Shown here: one piece after another, positions 11,874 to 23,100 of the stretch
Layout of the letters: each line of letters opens with the position of its first letter
Numbering within the stretch: position 1 is the stretch's first letter
Made by a program: the position numbers and the translations under genes
NCBI GenBank assembly: GCA_001643675.2
Contig: LSRY02000007.1
Coordinates: 1,612,001 to 1,676,000, forward strand
From: Monocercomonoides exilis PA203
Lineage: Eukaryota > Protista > Preaxostyla
Direction: 5' to 3'
Length of the DNA stretch: 64,000 nt
Notes under the pieces: generated by a model
Told to the model about the DNA's origin: nothing
The model's input: the letters and a program-made list of their open reading frames with translations, nothing else
The model's database searches: none

Positions 11874-12194
11874 TTTTTCAGTAAAGATTAAGATGATCAA
11901 CCCATTTATTTTGCAACTTCAGAAAAACTCACTTAAGGGTATTCTTCAATATTGATTTACAAGAGAGTAATAATAGAATAAGCTATTATTAAAACAAAAT
12001 ATTGCAATACTTTCAAATGTAATATTCATGCACAGGAAATCAAAATATTGTAATAACACTTGTAATAAAGCTAAAGAGAACAAAAAAATTGAATGAAAGA
12101 AAGAAAAAGAAAAAAAAAAAAAAATGAACGAAAGAAGAACAAAAATTCATCACTTTACGCTCACATTTTAAATTGTTGTACAATCAACAATTTT

Positions 12195-13308
12195 CTAAAC
12201 AATGAAAGGAATTAAAGCCTTTCTATTTGGTGGATATTTGGAGCCAAATTTTTGCTTATACCATTTGTGATGTGAAATTGCCCGAGGTGCTAAATTCGCT
12301 CCGGTCCACTGGCAAATAAAAGTAAGATCAATAATAAAAGGGTAAAAAAATCAAATTAAGTTTACAAACAGAAGTCTGTGAATAAATGAAAGAAAAAGTT
12401 GAACAAACAATAAAGAAGACTAATGATGCTGGATAAAATCCCGTTGATACAGCAAATCCAAACCACTCCAATATTTCACAAAAGTAATTAGGAGAGGACA
12501 CATATTCAAATAAAAATCCGTGGGGAATATAATAATCTGTTTTATCAAGAAAGAAACATCAAGAAATGAATCATAAAACTTTTGCAGACTGTTATCTCCA
12601 GGTTTTCTAAGATGAAGCAAAATTTCATCGCTTCTTACATTTCCAAAAAAGCCGGTAAAAAATATTAATGCTCCGATATATGTGTGAGCTCGTAAGAAAA
12701 CGCTGTTATCAAATCTTTCACGATCAACGAAACACATTCCAAACCACACGAGATAGCACTAAGCAATTGAGTTGTAAAAAAATGCATAAAAAATTATAAC
12801 AATAGATGTTAATGTGAAATTAGATCCAAACATTGACAAATTGAAACGTCGAAGCCATTAATGCAATGATAAGTGGCATATTTTTATTTGATGACTGTTT
12901 CCGAAGTTGCATAATGAAAACTCTGTTAATGTAATGAATCATCCTATAAATTTTCAAATAGATATTTTTTTTTTCACAAAATAACATGTAAGATGAATTC
13001 ACAAACCATAGAAGAAGATAAAACAAGATTGGTAATGATGGAGATGAAAGCGCAACAAAAGTCAAAGGAAGAATAACTCCTGGAAGTTCCATCACTAAAA
13101 ATGCATATTTACCCGACATCCATGGACCCCAAACTCGAGACTTTTGATTTGCATGCCTTCCGTAACTGAAAAAATAATTAATTATGTTCAATGGACAATA
13201 GACCAAAATTGCAAACGGAGCAGTTATGAAAAACAGCACAAAAAATACGATGATTCCAACAAATATCCATATAAACAATGTTGGAATATAAATGGAATAT
13301 AAATCCAT
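12195..13308 (-). CDS. 3-oxo-5-alpha-steroid 4-dehydrogenase (SRD5A/DET2 family), 5 short introns
   Basis: Spliced motifs APYGRH, AFLVMELP, HYINR, NVRSDEILLHLRKPG, YYIPHGFLFEYVSSPNYFCEILEWFGF, NLAPRAISHHKWYKQKF, RKALIPFIV*. GT..AG introns restore the frame. Stop TAG at 12195-12197. Confidence 0.92.
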
Positions 13309-13444
13309 AAGAATTCAAAAGAAAATATTTATTTTTGGGTGTGAATTTTTTTTCCTTTTCAGATTATTACATTTGCCCGCTTTTCATTAATAAAAATTAA
13401 AATGAAATGAAATTTAAAAAAATGAAGTGAATGAGATTGCATTG

Positions 13445-16304
13445 TTAGATGAAAAGGCGAATTACGCCATCATCAAATCCTCCAAATACCCATGGCTGAG
13501 TTGGATGGAAAATGCAGCACTTTGCAGCCGGAACAATCAATTCCTCTGAATCTCCTCCATCTTTCTTTTCCTCCTCTTCATCTTCATCATCACTGTCATC
13601 TGAGCTCGAGTTGTGAATGATCCGCCTTTTGGGTCCATTCAATATCTTCACAGGAACAATCACTGGAGAGCCCTCGGGATCGTCTTCAGGCACGCTTCCA
13701 TGGACGATCTGAATGGAGCCTTTCATTGTGGAAGCAGCAAACAGAGGGAAAGAGCGGTGGAAGCAGACGTGGTAGAAAGGCGTGGCTGCAGACGAAAGAG
13801 TTCGATACGGCAGCATCGTCTCTGCATTCAGATCGAACCAAGAAATTCTTCCTTCGCCAGAGCAGACAACAAGATGGTCCCCTGTTCAGTTTGAAAGCGT
13901 TAACGGACAAATACCATGGAATAATGACATTTGAGAGAATAATTGTTTGCAAATCAATAATAATAAAAGCAAAAATAAAATAAAATAAAATAAAATAAAA
14001 TAAAATTAAATAAAAAAAAAAAGGATTATTTCAAAGAAGAGACAAAAAATTCGAAATTAGTTTCATATTCACAAAAACATAAGTTTATTTAAAATTGCAT
14101 TTATTTATTTAAACTAATTCATTTAATCTGTCAAACCTGAAGGATGAATCGCCATTGAAGTGATTAATTGCATTGAGCCACGCAGTTTTCTGACAGATTG
14201 TCCCTTGTCGAGTGAATACACCTCCACATCTGTGAAAATTGATTAAAGATAATCAAGTGTGAAGAATTATTATGATCAGTTAAAAAATTATATTTGATAA
14301 ACATTGAATATGATAACATATTTATGTATATAAGATTTATTAGATAAACATTAGTTTGCGAACAAACAAAATAAACAAGCAAAGAACACAAACGTTTTTC
14401 AAACGCCACAAAGAACTGAGGTTTCGTCGGGTGGAACAGACCGCATTTTGCCTGGCGTTTCTTGTTGGAAGGCTTGACAGTCTGCCTGCCGGTGATGTTG
14501 TGGATGAGCAGGACAGACGAAGAGTTGTCAGACATCACAGCAGACAGAAACACTCCCCCGGCGTGCCAGTTCAGATGCGTCACAAGCTTTGAGTGCTCGA
14601 TCGTCATCAGAATACCCTCATGCTCAGGAAACGGGGCAGCAAGTGACCAGGCGACTGTGGCAAAGCGAAAAAGAAAGAAAGAAAGAAAAGAAAAGAAAAG
14701 TTTGTATAAAAAGACGAATAAAATAATGAACAAAACAAATGATGAAAAAAAAAAAATAAAATAAAACGTTTTGAAATACCAAAAAATTGATTCAAAAGAA
14801 ATAGAGTATAAAATGCAATTATGTTATATATATATGCATGTGTAAGCTTTAATAACAACAGCAAAACAAATCATCTTGAAATTATCAGAATACCTTTTTT
14901 AGTCATGGCAGATGCCGGAATTGTCTTCCTCGGATTCACAAAGTTGACAGCAGCCTGTGCATCTGCCTGATTCAAGGCAGGCGAGTATATGCAAAGCGTA
15001 TTTCCCGACGCCACCGCCAGGACAGGCTTGTCTCGCGACGGGTTCCATGCGATGTAGCTGATTTTGTGTGGAAGCTGCAGCGAACGAACACAACGCCCTG
15101 TTGTCACGTCCCACACACGCACACACCCATCAGCAGAGCCTAAGGGCAATTGCATTTGCACGGCAAGGCAAAACAAGGTATATATATATATTTATAATCA
15201 ATTCCATGATTAAAAAAAATAATTTATTAGGAAATTCAATTGTAATTTTTGTTGTCAAAAGAGAAAATAAGAGTGTTATTCAAACCTGATGCTAGGTATT
15301 GTCCAGTGAATCTGTCTGTATCAAGAGCAGTAACAGCAGACGCGTGGCCCTTCCATTCAGTAGAAAGAATCTGAGGAAATGGAAGAAGATCCATTGGATC
15401 TGGCAAGCTTGGAAGAAGAGAATCAGGATCAACTTTCACTCGGCGATGCTTCATTCTGGGAAATAGAAATAGGTCCAAATACCTTTGATATTGATCCCTA
15501 AACGTCGATGCATATGGCGTGACAGCTCTGAAAGTCTCAAATCTTATGAATATTTTGATTTCAAAGCATTTAAAAAGAATTCCCAATGAAAAATGAATAT
15601 TATAAATTGAAGAAATTCATTCACACTTTTGAGGAATATAATCAAGTTTCCTATCTTCTGGATGAGATTCCTCCCATCTTTTTCGCTCATTCTCAGTAAA
15701 TAAATATTCTTCTGGAGGATTATAGGATTCGCTGTGATCTGATTTTAAAAAATTTTGAAAACGACAAATATCAAGATGAAAATAATAATAATTATAATAA
15801 TCTTCGCAAACGAGGTAACAAATGCATAGGAGCAGGTATTTTTTTCGATTTACTTCTCCATCTTTTGGGATCATTATCAAATCGCCAAAGATCTTTAATC
15901 TCTTCTTTTTGCTTTGGCTTTTCTTTAAAAGCACCAATGCGAAGTTTATGAACAAATTCATTAATTTTTCGAAATTCCGTTTTCGAAGGAATGAATGATG
16001 ATTTTGGACGTAACCTGTTAGAAACAGGATGAATACTATCATATTCAAATGAAACATCCTAAAAATAAAAATGAAATTCAAATATTATTCATCGTAAATA
16101 ATCAATATATATTAAATATATCAAAGAGCATACAATTGGATCATCTGAATGAAGACTTGGAAAACGTCCTGATTCAATTCTTAATAAAACTTGTAATTCT
16201 TCGTCAGTCAATTGAATTTCTTCTCCTGTTTCATCATCTCTAATTGTCCTTCTCACAGCCGGATCGGCCATTTTTTGTAACAATGTTTTGTACTCATTTT
16301 GCAT
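13445..16304 (-). CDS. BOP1: ribosome biogenesis protein BOP1/Erb1 (BOP1NT + WD40), multi-intron
   Basis: [118 protein letters not shown]. About 7 GT..AG introns traced. The start at 16304 is tentative. Confidence 0.93.
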
Positions 16305-17156
16305 TGATGATGAGTTGTTTCAATTTTCTTTTATGATCCAATTATATAATTGAAAATAGTGCTTTTCACAAATCTCTCATCAAAAACATTCAAATTCGAA
16401 AAAACAATATCTCAATTTATGAAATAATAACAAAATACTTAAATTTGAATTTTTTTTTGGGGAATAAAACAAGTATTAATTATTAAAGAAGATAATTGTA
16501 TTTGTCACGTCATGCAAAAATTTGTCAAAGTTGTTTTCATTTTTCATTGGAGCTGTTTTGCATGGATATGAGTTTATGGAATCAAATATGTCCAAATAAA
16601 GTTCCTCAAACTCAAAAATGATGAACAAAAAATTGGAAAAAAATTCTGAACTGATATTATTCATTTATCATTTCTCATCATTGACAATCGCTTATTTTGA
16701 ATAACAATTTATTTTTCATCAAATATGTGAAACAATTATTGAAAACGCTATATTTTTCTGCAAATATACCATTTTCTTTTCATACGAAAAATTTATTTTT
16801 TTGATTCATATATGATTAATTCCTTGTAAACAACTGTTAAAGATCAACATCAATTCATCAATAACTTTCATATATAATTTTCATTTGTTTTCTTTATTTT
16901 TTCAAGATTTTCAAATCTTTCTAAATTTTATTCATTAAATTTTGAGTTTATTAAAAAATTAAAACCCCAGTAAAAGATAAAAGAAAAAAGAATAAGCTGA
17001 AAGAACAAATTGCAATCATAATAGTCACTTTCTATTTATATTCCTTTATCAAAAAGAAACATTTTCATATATTTTAGAAATCAGAAAAAAACTGAGGATA
17101 ATCTAATAAAGGGCGCAGGAATTTTTTATTTTGAGTTTTTGTTTGCATCCACATCC

Positions 17157-20100
17157 ATGGTGAGACGCTCCACCAGCGCAAAAGCTGCGTTCAATATTGC
17201 TGCATTGCTGTTACTTTGTGTAATATGCCTTAATGCTGAGGGTAATGCCAATGCACAAATTCTGCAAAAAATGAACGAGGAGATCCGGAACTGCATGTTG
17301 AGCAATGCACACGAAAATGCCAAACGTATCAACAATTTTACTATTCAGAGGGAAACGATTGGGAGCGCAGCTGACAATTGCATCTGCTGTGTTCAAACAA
17401 GTCTCAAAATCATCAACAGCTCGTTGTGTGCGAGCCATCTCACCATGGCGCCTCTCTGTGGATGCACGCTCCTCACTTCTCACCACCGCTCATCCACCAC
17501 CATCCGCTCCACCACCTGCCAGATCCACCCCCACCACAATCACAAACACCACCCACTTTTCCTCTCTGCCCATGCCTCCCTTGCCCTCACCAACTTCTCT
17601 CTCCAAATCCTTCAACCAGCATTCTTCTCCTTCCCCCTCTTCTCCATTCCTCCAAATTCCCTCTCTTCCACTCACTCCCCAATCCCCACCTCTTTCTCTA
17701 TCTCCCATTCTTCCTTCTCCTCATTCATCTCCCTCATTCAGCCCTTCATTTTTTCTCCTTCTTCCATTTCTCCTTCTTCTTCCCTTATTCATCTCCATCT
17801 CTCACACACACTCTTCACCAACATCACCACTGCACCACAATCCACACACATCATTCCTGCCAATCACACACACTCACACAACTCATTCACCACCACCACA
17901 AACACCACCACCACAAACACAGACACAAACACAAACACACGCATTATTCCCTCTTTTTTGCATCATTCTTCTATCTCCGTCCACTCAACCATCTTCCTCC
18001 ACATTCACAACCCCATCGATGGTGCCATCCTCCCCTACCTCAATAGCCCATCCACATCTCTCTCTGCCTTCAACACATCTTTCCTCCACCTAACTCGATC
18101 TTCACCAAATGATCCTGTTGAACATATTGGAACTGAATCTCAAAGAGTGAAACTAGGAAGAGAGAGTATTTATGATCTGAACAGCTATCACTTTGAATGG
18201 TGCATATGGGAAAATTCAAGCAGTGGATCAAGTCATGGCGGAGCACTTTATATTAATTGCGTGAATGCAAATCTCACAATAACTTCTTGTTCGTTCAACA
18301 ATTGTTCAGTTACGGGTGAATATTCTGGTGGAGCGTTATGTTGTGATTATTTGTTGAAAATTGATATCTCAAAATCCAATTTCACAAATTGTTCAGCTGC
18401 ACAAGGAGGAGCTGTTTATGTTGGCTGGCCACAATCCAGTTCTGTTTGGATTATATCAAAAAATAGAATGGATAATTGCTCAATAACAAATTGGTGTGGA
18501 ACTGGTTGGAATATCGTGCTTGACAATATGACATCAAATGGTCAATTCCTGTTTTCGAAATGTGTTAGTATTGCAAATACCGGTGGTGATGCGGCTGGCG
18601 CAGTCACCTTTCATTACCCTCCACCAGTAATACCTCTTCAATATTTACTCCAAGAGTGCCAGTTCATCAACAATAAATTGATTGCTTCATTGACTTATGG
18701 AGGTGCTGGCATTCATTGCACCACAACATATGATTGGATGAATGAAGTCATATTCATCGCATTCTGTTTCTTCGATGGCAACACAGCAACAGATGGCAGA
18801 GGAAACGATGTGTTTTTCAATGGCAGCATCACCAAGTCCCCATTCAATCAGTGTGGATCAACAACAGAATCAAATAGAGTGTGGAATGCTGGAACTGCCG
18901 ATAACGTTGAATACAACAATTGGCTCCCTCTCATAACAACTTATAAAATCGTATCAAATAATGGAACAAACACCGATCTCTGCGGAATTACACAACTCAA
19001 TCCATGCGCCACAATAGAATTTGCTCTTTGTCGCGTGACAGATACACAAGATGCCTCCCTCACACTCCTCAGCTCAACATTTGTCCCCAATCAAACGCTC
19101 ACCTTCAGCGCAGCTGACACAAAAATCACAGGAAATGGAACAACTGCCACAACCATCGCTTCCAGTGGCATTCCTCAGCCAACTTCTTCATCCTCTCCCT
19201 CATCATCGACATCTTCTTCACCAGATCCATCTTCCGCTTCTGCCCTTTTCCAACAAACTCAGGGCTCACTCACAGTCTCTGCCCTCGCCATCTCCCACAA
19301 CTCCTCAAATCCCATCACCCCCATCCTCTTCCACCTCTCTGAAAACTCCCCTTACCTCATCCTCAACACAACCACCATCACTGGAACAACCTCATCTTCA
19401 TCATCAATCACCACACCCCTATTCTTCCTCACAGCTGGCTCCCTCGCCCTCAACCACACAGCAATCACCAGCCTCACCCTCAACAGCCAAAGCATCTTCC
19501 ACCTCACCTCCCTCACAGCTCCCCTCACCCTCAACTCCTCCAACATCACCGACATCACCTCCACAGCCTCCCCCACCAGCTGTGTCCTCTCCTCTGCCAC
19601 CTCCCCTGCCCTCTCCATCTCCCTCGCCAACTGCACCATCACCAACATCAACTCAGCTCCACAACACCAACAGATTGCCACCGATGGCGGGTGCATCTCA
19701 TTCGCCTCATCTGCCTCTGCCAACTCGTTTTCAGTGAGTGACACAAATTTCTCCACCTGCTCTGTGAGCGAGGATACAAGTTCTGGAGGAAGAGGCGGTG
19801 CTCTCATGATCGAGTTCAAGGATGATTCAGAAGTGTCAGAATCCTCCTTTTCCATGGCAAATGTGGTGTTTTCAGCCAACAAGGCCAGTGTCGGAAGAGA
19901 TATGTATTTTGTGTGCGAATCATTTGTCGCTTCTGTGAAAGGGCCCTTGTTCGCCTTCATGAAAAGCATCACTCAGAAAGACAACTCGATTGTTGGGCAC
20001 GATAGAACAGAGGCATTCCGTGATTGGGATGTCGATTTATTCATATTTATAGATGGTTTTTTTGATGATACAATATATGTGGATGGAACATCTGGAGTGG

Positions 20101-23100
20101 AGAAGGCGTATTGTGGGATTGAAAAGGTGCCATGCAAGAGTGTGGGCTATGGGGCAGGGCATCTGAAGAGAACACAGAATAAAAAGCAGGAAATTATTTT
20201 ATGTGCAAACTCGTCTGTGGCAGGGTGCGTGGATGTGGGAAGAGTGCTTATAAAAGCAAAAGAGAAGGAAATGATAAGAATCGAATGCCAAAGAGAACTG
20301 AGTGGGTCTGAAGAATGCATTCTGAAGACAGAATCACTGACAGAAATAGAGTTCATTGGGATTGTTGTTCCATCGAATTTTGAGAGGACAATAGCATCAG
20401 TGATCGAATCAAGCACTCAAAATGGGGAGTTGCACATGAAGAACTGCATGATGAGTGTGGTTGGAGGGAAGGAAAACACAATTGAATTTTCCTTGATCAA
20501 ATCGACAGGGAAGATGGTTGAACTGGAGTTTGTGACGATTTCAGAAGTGAAATCATCTGTCTCGCTGTTTTCATTTTCACATTCCTCAGGAAATGTGAAT
20601 GAAGGAGATACTGAACAAAAATACAAAGCGAAGCTGTTGAATTGTTCAATGGAAGGATGCAGTTTGGCAGAGCATTCATATGGTGAATCTCCATTGATGA
20701 TATCTTCTTCTGTTTTGCTTGAAAACAGCAACTTTTCAAATATCGAGAACAAGGGCAGTGGAGAAGGAGGTGTTGCAAAAGTGACTTTGCAAAGGAATGA
20801 AGAATTGGTTATTAAATCAACAAATGCATCATCTTGCTCACTTTCATCAGGCAATGGAAAAGGAGGATTCTTGTATTTGAACTGTCAAAATTGTTTGAGT
20901 GAAAAGCCATTTCTTTTTGAAAACGTTTCATTTGCAAACAACAAAGCAGCCATTGGAAAGAATATGTTCATTTTGGGAAAGGATTTCAACAGTTCTGTGA
21001 CAAATGACTCATTCAACTTCGGTTATTCCTCAATGAAAGGCGATAACAATTTGTTTGTTGGAAGTGATGATTTTCATTCAAACAAAGATTTATTCATGTT
21101 TCTGATTCCATACAGCTCAATTGAGATATTTATCTCATCGAGTGGATTTGATGTTGCGAGATGTGGAAGTGAAGAAGAACCATGCTTCACAATGTGGAAA
21201 GGGATGGAAAATATGGAAAAGGAGGTTGGAAAGAAAACAATTCAGGTTGAAGGATCGACAATTATTCGAAATTCATTCAATGTTTCCAATTATCAGATCA
21301 AAAAAAGTGTAAAGATGGGAGAAGAAGATACAAAAGCAATATTGAATTTTGAAAAGGTAGTTGGAAATCAATTGGAATATTTCATGGAAAACGATGTTCG
21401 TCTTGAATTTTTCAACATCCAACTTCAACTAACATCTGGATTTGACAACTCAGCCAAAACGATTATTTCAAACAGAGGTGGAGAATTAGTGATACGCGAA
21501 TGTTCATTCCATTCAGAGGCAGGAGTGAACAATGGATTTGATTGTGTGTTTGTGGATGTGATTGGAGGAAGTGTGAACGTGAATGATTTGTCGATGGAAT
21601 CATGCAATGTTGGAGAAAACATTTTTGTTATTAACAGCGCTGGAGTTTCTTGTCATTTTGTGAATGTTCGAGTGGAATCATTGAATGAAAGTGGTGGATG
21701 TCTTCTTCTGATCAAAGGATCTGAATTAACAACAAAGATAAATGAAGTGAGTGAGGAAATGAGTCTCAACATTGATAATTCGTCATTTTCAGGAGTGAAG
21801 AGAAGTGACAATGGATCAAGCATTTTGGAGTCAAAAAATGAGAAAAAAATAGATTTGGTTGTGAATGAGAGCAACATCACAGAAGACAAAGCAGAAACAA
21901 GTGAAAAAGGAGGGGCAATATTCTTCACATTGGGTGCATCTGGATCAATGAAGATGATTGACTCAACAATCAGTCAATGCAGCTGCACAAATGGGAAAGG
22001 AGGAGGAGTGTATTTGGCAACAAAAGAAAGAGGAGATTTGAATTTCACATTTGTGGGGATGAAGTTCAGTGCAAACACAGCAAAAGTGGGTAATGATATT
22101 TTCATTGAATGTTTCAACATCACATCTCAGATCAATGAACGACAATTTCAGTTTGATCTTCGAGAGAATCATTATTCGCGAATTAATGCAATATATGGAA
22201 GAGATGAAAGTGATTATCAGAGCGACACCGATCTGATTGATTTTGTGACGATTCATCAGGGTGACACGATCATTGTGAGCAGCGTGAATGGATCGAATGA
22301 GAGACAGTGTGGAACAAACACACTTCCTTGTTTCTCAGTTGATTATGGACTGATGCATCTGACTTCAGATTTCATAAGTCAAATGTTCATTCTTGAGGAG
22401 AGCGTGATTGATGAGGAGATTAATTTGGAGGAGGTGAGCCTGAGTTCGAAGAGCAGAGGCTTGTGTGAAGTTGAAGTTGAAACAGTGATTGAAAGAACAA
22501 GAGAGGCATTGATATCAACAGCTGGAACAGCCTCAATGCTGAGAGTTGGCTTTGTGTTTGATTCGAATTTCGCTTCCACACATGAATCACTGATATCACC
22601 AGAGGGAGGGATTCTGGAAATTATGAATTGTTCGTTCACAGAAAAACAATTGATAGAAGGAGTTAATGCAGAATTTGCAAACATTCCATTTCACATTATT
22701 AATATGGAAAAAGGAGAATTACAACTTGATGGATGCGCGATATCAAATCTTATTCTTCATGAATCTGCATTATCTCTTTCATCGCAACTTCCATCAGTTA
22801 TTGATACATTAACGTTTTGCAGTTCAACAATAAAAACTTCTCTGATAGATATTGATGAATGTGGACAATTAACAATCAAGGATTTCAATGCAGAAAATAT
22901 ATCAGTTAAAGGAAAAGAAGAATCATTGATATCTTGCCTGTCAATGAAAAAGACGATGCAGTTAGCAAATTGCACAATGGACGGAGTAAGTTCAAAGACC
23001 ACAAAAGGGAAATTGATGAAAGTGGAGGATTGCACAGATGTGAAAATGTACAGTTGCATTTTTGATGGAAGTTTAAAGGAAATAAATGAAATGAATTCAA

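Noticed and set aside
17305-18093. Alternative-frame Pro/His-rich ORFs (also 17378..18046, 19051..19737, 49587..50231, 51417..51926)
   Set aside because: These are by-products of G-poor, C-rich sequence in which stop codons are rare, not separate genes.
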